Virus record (IMG/VR): IMGVR_UViG_2799112432_000001 | Coordinates: 1-35,813 of that record | DNA: 35,813 nt | Direction: 5' to 3' (one strand) | From: a virus | Shown here: positions 6,791-14,908 of the stretch, in pieces | Position numbering within the stretch: the first letter of the stretch is position 1 | Layout: each line of letters opens with the position of its first letter | Notes under the pieces: generated by a model | Databases searched by the model: none | Seen by the model: only the letters and a program-made list of their open reading frames with translations | Told to the model about the DNA's origin: nothing | Position numbers and translations under genes: made by a program

Positions 6791-8024
6791 TATCGAAATT
6801 ACAGAAAAGCAAGCGGAATACATACGCAATGCAAATAAGCGGTGGAATTTTGCAGTTGGCGCGGTTCGTTCAGGAAAATCACATATTGCTATTCAATATG
6901 TGATTCCTCAATGCGTCTTAGAGCGAAAGGACAAAAAGGGAATAAACCTCATACTTGGAGCAAGCCGCGAAAACATAGAACGAAACGTTTTAACCCCAAT
7001 GCGTATGATTTGGGGCGATACGTATATAACGAGTATAAACAGCCGTTCTATATGTCGCATATTCGGTGAAGAGGTTTATTGCCTTGGAGCGAATAACGTC
7101 GGAGCGGTTGCAAAACTCAGAGGTTCGGAAGTCAAGTTTTGCTATTGTGATGAAATCTGTGACATACACAAAGAAGTATTCGAGATACTAAAATCAAGAT
7201 TGAGTTTGCCGTATTCTGTGTGTCATGCCGCTGCGAACCCGTCATATCCTACGCATTACGTCAAGCAGTTTATCGACAGCGCTGAAAACGGTATTGATAT
7301 TTATTGTCAAACGTACACGCTATATGACAATCCGTTCTTACCTGCCGAATACGTCAAAGCTCTTGAAAACGAATATAAAGGCACTGTATATTTCCTGCGG
7401 TATATTCTCGGCAAATGGGCAAAGGCTGAAGGCTTGATATATCCGATGTATGAGCAGGCGCTTGAAAAGGTTGACGGCGAGATACAGGATTATTGTGTAT
7501 CAATAGATTACGGCACATTAAATGCTTTTGCGGCGTTGCTGTGGGTAAAGATAAAAGATGTGTGGTATGCAGAACGTGAATATTACTACAGCGGCAGAGA
7601 TAAAGGCAAAACCAAAACGGATAGCGAATACGGAAAAGACATTGAAGAATGGCTTGCAGACGTTATAGAGAAGTTGCCGACAGGAAAACGCATTGAAACC
7701 ATTATAGACCCGTCGGCGGCGTCGTTTATTGCATTGCTGAGAAAAAAGCCGTGGTGCAAGTGCAGGTCAGGCGACAACGATGTGCTTGACGGCATAAGAG
7801 AAACAGCCTCAGCGATAAAGCAAGGGCTAATAAAAATCAATCCAGATTGCGTAAATTGGAAGTTCGAAGCAAGCGGATACGTATGGGATGAAAATAACGC
7901 TGGTGAAGAAAGACCAATAAAAGAAAACGACCATCTTATGGACTCTATGCGCTATTTCACGAAAACAAAACATATAGTAAAAGAAAAAACAGTTTATAAA
8001 TCAATATTCGGGGTGATGTATTGA
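6783..8024 (+). CDS. terL: terminase large subunit (PBSX/Terminase_3-like)
   Basis: Walker A GAVRSGKS near the N-terminus, 413 aa, a C-terminal acidic nuclease region (NDHLMDSMRY), positioned before the portal gene. Confidence 0.85.
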   Translation: MSSIEITEKQAEYIRNANKRWNFAVGAVRSGKSHIAIQYVIPQCVLERKDKKGINLILGASRENIERNVLTPMRMIWGDTYITSINSRSICRIFGEEVYCLGANNVGAVAKLRGSEVKFCYCDEICDIHKEVFEILKSRLSLPYSVCHAAANPSYPTHYVKQFIDSAENGIDIYCQTYTLYDNPFLPAEYVKALENEYKGTVYFLRYILGKWAKAEGLIYPMYEQALEKVDGEIQDYCVSIDYGTLNAFAALLWVKIKDVWYAEREYYYSGRDKGKTKTDSEYGKDIEEWLADVIEKLPTGKRIETIIDPSAASFIALLRKKPWCKCRSGDNDVLDGIRETASAIKQGLIKINPDCVNWKFEASGYVWDENNAGEERPIKENDHLMDSMRYFTKTKHIVKEKTVYKSIFGVMY

Positions 8025-9388
8025 AAACATATCAAGACTTAAGGCTGATAGGCAATAACGAAACGAACAGAATGCAGTTTGTAAGGGGTTGCATATCGGA
8101 GTACAAAAGCTCAGACGGGTATAGAACAGCCGCAACAGCCGAAAGGTATGACAAGTTCAAAAACGCTACGATTGAGCAATTTCAAAAGCTATTGTACACG
8201 ATATCCGGCAGAGCGGTTCCGGATAATTTCTCCGCTAACTTCAAGATTAAATCAAACTTTTTCCACATCTTCCTCGAACAGGAGATACAGCACTTACTCG
8301 GTAATGGTGCGAGCTGGGAAAATGAAAACGTCGAAAGCAAAATCGGCAATGATTTTGACCACAAACTTGTAGAGTTAACAAAGGCGGCGCTTGTCGGCGG
8401 CGTGGGTTATGGCTTCTTCAATCTTGACCACATAGAAGTATTTAAAGCAACAGAATTTGTACCGCTGTATGATGAAGAAAACGGCGCTTTAATGGCTGGC
8501 ATAAGATTCTGGCAGGTATCGCCAAACAAGCCGCTCAGAGCTACATTGTATGAGCTCGACGGATTTACTGACTATATCTGGAATAACAAAAGCGATACCG
8601 AACAAGCAAAAGTCTTGCAGGAAAAAAGAGCATACAAGCTTAAATACAAAATGTCGCAGGTAGACGGGCTGAGAATCTATGACGGCGAAAATTACGAAGA
8701 ATTCCCGATAATTCCGATGTACGGCAACGAATATAAGCAAAGCAGACTTGTAGGACTGCGAGAACAGATTGACTGCTACGATTTAATCAAATCAGGCTTT
8801 GCAAATGACGTTGACGACGCTTCTCAAATCTACTGGACAATTCAAAATGCCGGAGGTATGGATGATGTCGACCTCGCCCAGTTTGTTGAACGTATGAAAA
8901 CAGTTAGAGCGGCTGTTGTTTCAGACGACGGCGCAAAAGCTGAGAGCCACACCGTAGAAGTGCCGTATTCAAGCAGAGAAGCATTGCTAAACAGGCTTGA
9001 AAAAGATTTGTACAGAGACGCTCAGGCTCTTGATATCACTAACATAGCAAACGGAAGCATTACAGCAACACAGATTAAAGCCGCATACGAGCCGTTAGAG
9101 TCCCTCTGCGACCAGTTAGAGTATCAGGTGTTATCTTTTATTGATAAGCTTCTGAAAATCGCTCAGACGGAAAATACAGCCACCTTTACACGGTCAAAGC
9201 TCGTAAACACTACCGAGGAAATCCAAACTATTGTATCAGCCGCAACATACCTCAGCGAGGATTATGTGACGGAGAAGATAATGACTATTCTTGGCGACGG
9301 TGATAGAGTTTCCGATGTGCTTGATAAAATGGTTGAAGATGAATCAAAACGTTTTAACAACGGCGATACCTCCACTGTTGAGGAGTGA
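8021..9388 (+). CDS. portal protein (SPP1 gp6-like)
   Basis: 455 aa, directly after TerL and before the gp7/Mu-F-like gene. TTG start overlapping the TerL stop. Confidence 0.8.
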   Translation: MKTYQDLRLIGNNETNRMQFVRGCISEYKSSDGYRTAATAERYDKFKNATIEQFQKLLYTISGRAVPDNFSANFKIKSNFFHIFLEQEIQHLLGNGASWENENVESKIGNDFDHKLVELTKAALVGGVGYGFFNLDHIEVFKATEFVPLYDEENGALMAGIRFWQVSPNKPLRATLYELDGFTDYIWNNKSDTEQAKVLQEKRAYKLKYKMSQVDGLRIYDGENYEEFPIIPMYGNEYKQSRLVGLREQIDCYDLIKSGFANDVDDASQIYWTIQNAGGMDDVDLAQFVERMKTVRAAVVSDDGAKAESHTVEVPYSSREALLNRLEKDLYRDAQALDITNIANGSITATQIKAAYEPLESLCDQLEYQVLSFIDKLLKIAQTENTATFTRSKLVNTTEEIQTIVSAATYLSEDYVTEKIMTILGDGDRVSDVLDKMVEDESKRFNNGDTSTVEE

Positions 9389-10431
9389 TACTTGTGAACG
9401 CAGGACAGCTTGAAACTGAGACGGAGTTAAAGCGCCTTGAAGCGGAACTGGAAAAAACGTATAAACAGGCACGGGACGAAATTCAAAAAAATCTTGACGA
9501 TTATCTAAAGGAAACCAAAGCCGAGACAGAGCCGGAGGAAAGCCAACTGTTTTTGGCTTGGATTGTGTCGTTTGGGTTGATTGCGGGGAAAGAATACCTC
9601 CAAAAGCTAAACGATGGAAAAATCACAAAAGCTGAGTCAAAAAAATGGTACAGCAAAAAGGTAATAAATGCCAAACGCTGGACGACTATGCGTGATACTC
9701 TTGCCGAAGATTTAACAAACGTTAACGCAATTGCAAATAATATGGTCAGGGGTTCAATGCTCAACACTTTTGCTATTAACCACAACTACGGTACGTATGA
9801 GGTCGAAAACGGGTTGAGCATTAGTACGTCATATACATTATATGACGCTGATACAGTAGCAAATTTAATAAAAAATGACCCTGAGTTATTAAAACGCCCA
9901 ACATTAGATAAAAACCTTGATTTGAGGTGGAACAAGAAGTTGTTTCAGTCGCAAATAACGCAGGGAATTTTACAGGGCGAAAGCATTGATAATTTAGCAA
10001 AAAGGGTTGCGCTTGGTACTACAAAACAAGCTATGAATGCAGCGATCCGTAACGCAAGGACGGCAACCACCTGCGCACAAAACGCAGGGCGAACACAAAG
10101 CTATCAACGAGCCGTGAACATGGGAATCGAGCTATATCAAGTATGGCTTGCGGCGCTCGATAGCAGAACACGAAGCAGTCACAGACATATGGACGGCGAG
10201 AAAGTCAAGGTTGTTAAGGGCAAACAAGTTAAATTTTCAAATGGGTTGCGGTATCCTGCCGACCCTGACGGTAGACCGGAGGAGGTGTGGAATTGCCGCT
10301 GCACACTTGTGACAAGTTTTGATGAAAACGAAGATTTCACAGACATAAAAGAAAGAGCAAACAAACTTGATAATCAATCATACAATGAATGGAAGAATGA
10401 ACACAAGCAGAAAAGCAAGGTGAAATCATGA
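9385..10431 (+). CDS. head morphogenesis protein (SPP1 gp7 / Mu F-like)
   Basis: C-terminal RTRSSHRHMDGEKV...YPADPDGRPEEVWNCRCT is the typical Phage_Mu_F signature. Position after the portal. Confidence 0.8.
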   Translation: MILVNAGQLETETELKRLEAELEKTYKQARDEIQKNLDDYLKETKAETEPEESQLFLAWIVSFGLIAGKEYLQKLNDGKITKAESKKWYSKKVINAKRWTTMRDTLAEDLTNVNAIANNMVRGSMLNTFAINHNYGTYEVENGLSISTSYTLYDADTVANLIKNDPELLKRPTLDKNLDLRWNKKLFQSQITQGILQGESIDNLAKRVALGTTKQAMNAAIRNARTATTCAQNAGRTQSYQRAVNMGIELYQVWLAALDSRTRSSHRHMDGEKVKVVKGKQVKFSNGLRYPADPDGRPEEVWNCRCTLVTSFDENEDFTDIKERANKLDNQSYNEWKNEHKQKSKVKS

Positions 10432-10751
10432 GCAATTTTAAAATGACAAGTCACAAAGATGAGGTTTTAGATGAACTTGATTCAAAGGTAGAAATTGCGC
10501 TTGAAAAGATAGGGCTTCGGGCTGAAACACACGCGAAAAAATATTGCCCTGTTGACACGGGACGGTTAAGAAACTCTATTTCACATACGCAAAGCGGAGA
10601 TACTGAATATATCGGTACTAATGTAGAATACGCGCCGTATGTAGAATTTGGCACAAGCAAGCAAAAAGCGCAACCGTATTTGAAACCTGCCGTGACTAAT
10701 CATATTGACGAATATAAGAAAATAGTAAAATCAACATTAAAAGAGGGCTAA
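10428..10751 (+). CDS. HK97 gp10-family neck/tail-completion protein
   Basis: AKKYCPVDTGRLRNSI...NVEYAPYVEFGT is the signature of the HK97 gp10 family (TIGR01725-type). Confidence 0.7.
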   Translation: MSNFKMTSHKDEVLDELDSKVEIALEKIGLRAETHAKKYCPVDTGRLRNSISHTQSGDTEYIGTNVEYAPYVEFGTSKQKAQPYLKPAVTNHIDEYKKIVKSTLKEG

Positions 10752-10768
10752 CATTAGTCCTCTTTTTT
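10741..10768 (+). terminator. rho-independent terminator
   Basis: aagagggctaa-ca-ttagtcctctt is a 9-11 bp stem with one G.U, followed by a T6 run. The stop codon of the gp10-like gene lies inside the stem. Confidence 0.65.
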
Positions 10769-10778
10769 ATTAAAAGTG

Positions 10779-10807
10779 TTGACAAAGGATAATCGAATAG
10801 CTATAAT
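10779..10807 (+). promoter_or_regulatory. consensus sigma-A/sigma-70 promoter (structural operon)
   Basis: TTGACA (10779-10784), an exact 17-nt spacer, then TATAAT (10802-10807). It sits in the 118-nt gap upstream of the scaffold gene. Confidence 0.75.
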
Positions 10808-10869
10808 AGAATTATACGAATTTCCGAATAAAAATTCAAAAAGAATCTTGAAGAAATGAGGTCGAAGTA

Positions 10870-11466
10870 ATGGCACTAACACGGAAATTTCTGTCAGCGT
10901 TGGGAATTGAAGAGGCGAAGATTGACGAAATAATCTCGGCTCACGTTGACACGGTAAACGTCCTCAAAGAGCAGAGGGACAGCTACAAGGCAGACGCAGA
11001 TAAGCTCCCTGCGGTACAGAAAGCGCTTGACGATTTAAAGGCAAGCCAAAGCGGCGAAGACCCGTACAAGGAAAAGTACGAGAAAAAAGCTAAAGAGTTT
11101 GACGACTATAAAAAAGGCGTTGAAGCAAAAGAGCTTAAGAGGTCAAAATCTACTGCATACAAGCAGGTACTTAAAGAGCTTAAAGCAAGTCACATTGACT
11201 CAATCCTAAAAGCTTCACAATCAGAGCTTGATAAGATTGAACTTGATGAAAATGGAAAAATTAAAGATGCCGATAAGCTGAAAGAGTCCATAAAGAAAGA
11301 ATGGGCTGATTTCATTGTAGAAGAGGGTAAGCAAGGCGCTAACACAGCTAATCCTCCGGCAAATGAAGGGTCAAAGGTTAGCAAGGAAGATATTATGAAA
11401 ATTAAAGACCCTGCGGCACGGCAGAAAGCCATGTTTGAAAACTCGGAGCTTTTCGGCATTAAGTAA
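10870..11466 (+). CDS. scaffolding protein
   Basis: 198 aa, K/E/D-rich and coiled-coil-like, immediately upstream of the major capsid gene. Confidence 0.7.
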   Translation: MALTRKFLSALGIEEAKIDEIISAHVDTVNVLKEQRDSYKADADKLPAVQKALDDLKASQSGEDPYKEKYEKKAKEFDDYKKGVEAKELKRSKSTAYKQVLKELKASHIDSILKASQSELDKIELDENGKIKDADKLKESIKKEWADFIVEEGKQGANTANPPANEGSKVSKEDIMKIKDPAARQKAMFENSELFGIK

Positions 11467-11481
11467 CGAAAAGGAGAATTT

Positions 11482-12372
11482 ATGGCAAATGTTGTAACGA
11501 CTGCTGAAACAAATCTTGTGACAGCGGCAAAAATGAAGAAAATAAGAGAAATTGATTTTGTAAACCAGTTCACTCACGGCAGCCTTGAAAAGCTGGTTGA
11601 GGTTCTCGGCGTAACAAGGAAAATCCCGATGATGGAAGGCACAACAATGTATGTGTACACCACAACGGGAACGCTCCAGCCCGGCAATGTTCCTGAAGGT
11701 GAAATTATTCCTCTTTCGGCGGTTGAAAGAGTGAAAACACCTGTAGGCGAAATCACAATCAATAAATGGAGAAAAGCAGTATCAGCCGAAGCAATCAAGA
11801 AATCAGGTTTGCAGGAGGCTCTTGTTGAAACCGACGCGGCGCTTTTAAGGAAGGTGCAGGCAGGTATCAGAACCAACCTGTTTACATTCTTGAGCGGTTC
11901 AATCACAGGCGCAATTACAGCAACAGGCGTAGGCTTGCAGGCGGCTCTTGCTAACGGCTGGGGCAAGCTGCAGGTAGCGTTCGAGGACGATACCGCAGAA
12001 ACTGTCTATTTTGTAAATCCGCTTGATATTTCCGATTATCTCGGTACAGCGCAGATTTCAGTACAGACAGCGTTCGGTCTGAATTATATTGAGAACTTCC
12101 TCGGACTCGGCACTGTTATTCTGTCCTCACGGGTAACTAAGGGTACATACATTGCGACAGCAAAAGAAAACCTCATTCTGTATTATCTCACAATGAACGG
12201 CGATATTGCTGATTCGTTTGAGCTGACAGCCGATGAAACAGGATACGTCGGTATCAAGTCAGGCTATCAGAACGAAGCAAGAGCGCAGCTCGAAAGCCTT
12301 GTAATGAGCGGCGTGCAGTTCCTTGTCGAGTACGCAGGCGGTGTTGTAAAGGGTACTATTACATCTGCCTGA
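11482..12372 (+). CDS. major capsid protein
   Basis: 296 aa, following the scaffold gene with a strong RBS (AAGGAGAA). Called from position and size. Confidence 0.75.
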   Translation: MANVVTTAETNLVTAAKMKKIREIDFVNQFTHGSLEKLVEVLGVTRKIPMMEGTTMYVYTTTGTLQPGNVPEGEIIPLSAVERVKTPVGEITINKWRKAVSAEAIKKSGLQEALVETDAALLRKVQAGIRTNLFTFLSGSITGAITATGVGLQAALANGWGKLQVAFEDDTAETVYFVNPLDISDYLGTAQISVQTAFGLNYIENFLGLGTVILSSRVTKGTYIATAKENLILYYLTMNGDIADSFELTADETGYVGIKSGYQNEARAQLESLVMSGVQFLVEYAGGVVKGTITSA

Positions 12373-12461
12373 CAAGGAGCGAATAGATGAATTGAAAACG
12401 GCAAAGAATAAAATCGGTAAGCCGTTAATTAAAGCTGAGAGAAAAAACAAAGAGGGATAAA

Positions 12462-12899
12462 ATGACTTTAACTGACCTTTGTGGCGAATTGAACAATTAT
12501 TTTGACGTCCTAAGAATTTACGGTGAGTTTGAAATTTCTAACAGCAGCATGGATTTAAGTAATTACAACGTCCACGACGGGCAGTATATAAGAATTGTTG
12601 GCAGCGTATTCAATGACGGGGTCTATCAATACCCAATTCCTCCTGAAGAAAATCTCGTTGACGAAACATTCAACGGGTCTGTCTGGGCTATGGCGGTTCC
12701 CTCTTCCGTCATAGCAAAGATGGAGGAAATTAATCAATGGCTTGAAGAAAACCAGTCCGCGTTAAATTCGCCTTACCAGTCCGAAAGCTTTGGCGGCTAT
12801 AGCTACACAAAAAAAAGCGGAGATGAAGGCGATAACGCGAACTGGCAATCACATTTCCGAAAAACATTAGACAGGTGGCGAAAACTACGAGCTTATTAA
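12462..12899 (+). CDS. head-tail connector protein (putative)
   Basis: 145-aa ORF, first gene after the capsid. Called by synteny only. Confidence 0.45.
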   Translation: MTLTDLCGELNNYFDVLRIYGEFEISNSSMDLSNYNVHDGQYIRIVGSVFNDGVYQYPIPPEENLVDETFNGSVWAMAVPSSVIAKMEEINQWLEENQSALNSPYQSESFGGYSYTKKSGDEGDNANWQSHFRKTLDRWRKLRAY

Positions 12900-13240
12900 C
12901 TGAATCAATGGAAGATTGTGTCTTGCTGAATAAGCAGACAGCCAATGACGGCTACGGCGGTTTTATCACGACTTATACAGAAGGTGCTGAGTTTTCTGCG
13001 GCGATTAGATTTGATTCAAGCATAGAAGCACGAGCCGCCGAAAAGCAAGGTGTGACAAGCCTTTATACTATCATAACGAATAAAAACATTGTGCTTCAAT
13101 ATCACGATGTTTTGAGACGTGAACGGGACGGCAAGATTTTCCGCGTAACCTCTGACGGTGATGATAGTTTTACTCCTGACAGTGCAAGCCTTAATATGCG
13201 ATTGGCAACAGCAGAGGAGTGGAGTCTACCGAATGAATAA
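12875..13240 (+). CDS. head closure / head-tail adaptor protein (putative)
   Basis: 121-aa ORF in the connector block. The start is uncertain (GTG 12875 or ATG 12909). Confidence 0.45.
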   Translation: MAKTTSLLTESMEDCVLLNKQTANDGYGGFITTYTEGAEFSAAIRFDSSIEARAAEKQGVTSLYTIITNKNIVLQYHDVLRRERDGKIFRVTSDGDDSFTPDSASLNMRLATAEEWSLPNE

Positions 13241-13595
13241 AGCACAAACAATAAATGCATTTTGGAGCTCCTTCGGGATTCCTGCATATGACATGTATAC
13301 CGTACCAAATGACGCTCAAATGCCGTATATCACTTATGAATACGCCGAAGATAATTTTGACAATGTTGTGATTTTGAGCGCCTCTCTTTGGTACAAGTCC
13401 ACATCATGGGTGGGGATCGCGGGCAAAGCTGCCGAAATAGCCGAGGACATTGGCAACGGTAAAATCCTGAAAACAGATGAAGGGTATATATATATCACAA
13501 GAGGAACGCCTTTTATACAACGGTTATCCGATACCGACGATAGCGTAAGAAGAATATACATCAACCTACAGGTTGAATACATGACCTCGATTTAA
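13233..13595 (+). CDS. tail completion / neck protein (putative)
   Basis: MNKAQTINAFW... ATG 13233 overlaps the upstream stop. The longer track ORF from 13158 would overlap the previous gene by 83 nt. Confidence 0.45.
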   Translation: MNKAQTINAFWSSFGIPAYDMYTVPNDAQMPYITYEYAEDNFDNVVILSASLWYKSTSWVGIAGKAAEIAEDIGNGKILKTDEGYIYITRGTPFIQRLSDTDDSVRRIYINLQVEYMTSI

Positions 13596-13605
13596 GGAGC
13601 GAAAT

Positions 13606-14166
13606 ATGAAATTTAACAAAGTTAATCCTGAAATTTTTAACCAGCTTCAAGTCGAAGCTGGTATTTTGTTAAGCAATTTTGACCCTGCGTCAACCGCTGC
13701 AATTAATGATGATGATATCATTTGCGCAACAAGCGGAGGAATTAAAGCGGATTGTGTACCGTCATATACTGATTTTGGCGAAGATATCGACAACGTGCCC
13801 AACAACACAATGGAGCTTAAACGAATTGACGGCTATGACTGTACATTTGCATTTACAGCGCTGAATGTGACTACAAACGTTATCAAGACAGCGCTTGGTG
13901 CGGCTGATATTGACTCAACAGACACAACCAAAGTAACGCCGAGGGCAGAGCTTAAACTTGCTGATTTTAAGCCCATTTGGTGGGTAGGAGACCGCACAGA
14001 CGGCGGCATGATTGCAATTAAATTGGATAATGCACTTTCGACAGGCGGCTTGTCTTTGCAGACAACGAAAAAGGGTAAAGGTCAGCTGTCAGTAACACTT
14101 ACAGGACATATCAGCATTGAACATACTGATATCGTGCCCATGGAATTTTACGTTGCAGAGGGTTAA
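13606..14166 (+). CDS. major tail protein
   Basis: 186 aa, AAGGAG RBS, located directly upstream of the chaperone/frameshift pair and the tape measure gene. Confidence 0.7.
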   Translation: MKFNKVNPEIFNQLQVEAGILLSNFDPASTAAINDDDIICATSGGIKADCVPSYTDFGEDIDNVPNNTMELKRIDGYDCTFAFTALNVTTNVIKTALGAADIDSTDTTKVTPRAELKLADFKPIWWVGDRTDGGMIAIKLDNALSTGGLSLQTTKKGKGQLSVTLTGHISIEHTDIVPMEFYVAEG

Positions 14167-14177
14167 GGTGATAATTT

Positions 14178-14630
14178 ATGGCTGAGGGAAAGACACCGAA
14201 AGCACAAGAAAAGGAAACACAAGAAAAGAAGGCACCGAAGGCGCAGGCGATGAAAACGCTTGCAAATTGTTCTCTGCGTGAATTCCTCGCGCAAACTAAC
14301 AAAATAAGAAAAGACGCGGCTGAATTTTTGGAGCTGACAAAAATTTCTAAAATTCGGCAGCATGTTCCAGCGCTTACAGGCGAGGAAACCGAGGAAGAAA
14401 AAGAAAAGATGTTCAAGGAACAGGGCAGAAAAAACCTCAATGATATCCTTGACTCTTGCCTTGAAAAAAACGCGGACGCTACAATCAAAATGGTAGGCTT
14501 GATGTGCTTTAAGACCTTTGAAGAAGCGGAGCAGATGAAAGGTGAAGATTTCATTGCGGTAGCTGCGGAACTCTTCGGAAATAAGAAAATCATGGATTTT
14601 TTCGGCACGTTGCTCGGCTTGGTGCAGTAG
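14178..14630 (+). CDS. tail assembly chaperone (G-like, unshifted product)
   Basis: 150 aa, K/E-rich, in the canonical position between the major tail protein and the tape measure. It contains the slippery site near its 3' end. Confidence 0.75.
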   Translation: MAEGKTPKAQEKETQEKKAPKAQAMKTLANCSLREFLAQTNKIRKDAAEFLELTKISKIRQHVPALTGEETEEEKEKMFKEQGRKNLNDILDSCLEKNADATIKMVGLMCFKTFEEAEQMKGEDFIAVAAELFGNKKIMDFFGTLLGLVQ

Positions 14631-14908
14631 AGTACGGGCTCGCAATAACAAGCATTGACCTTGAAAAGCTTGATTTGTTCGGGTATGACTACATCCCTCA
14701 GCATATAGAAGCATATGAGAGAGAAAAGGCGTTAAAAGTCTATCTCACGGATGGGCTAAAGACTTTGACTGAAAACACTGCGAACTATGCAGGCGGTAAG
14801 TCATTAAACGTCAGATTCTTTGATTTATTCAAAGAGGTCAAAGAAGAGAATCCAAAAGAAATAATAACAAGAATAACAAACAAGTTAAGAGGAGAGGCAG
14901 GTGAGTAG
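14178..14908 (+). CDS. tail assembly chaperone, -1 frameshift fusion product (G-T-like, about 243 aa)
   Basis: The -1 frame is open from 14585 to the TAG at 14906-14908. The slippery heptamer T_TTT_TTC at 14597-14603 would join the two frames (...KKIMDFF|RHVARLGAVEYGLAITSIDLEKLDLFGYDY...). Confidence 0.65.
14597..14603 (+). promoter_or_regulatory. programmed -1 ribosomal frameshift slippery site (T TTT TTC)
   Basis: An X_XXY_YYZ heptamer in the zero frame of 14178..14630, 27 nt before its stop, with the -1 frame open across it. Confidence 0.65.

Noticed and set aside
12373-12461. Possible small ORF or frameshift extension after the capsid stop (..ERIDELKTAKNKIGKPLIKAERKNKEG).
   Set aside because: There is no ATG or GTG start in that frame and no slippery site at the capsid 3' end. 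The only start is an internal TTG giving about 22 aa. The region is more simply the spacer and RBS for the next gene.
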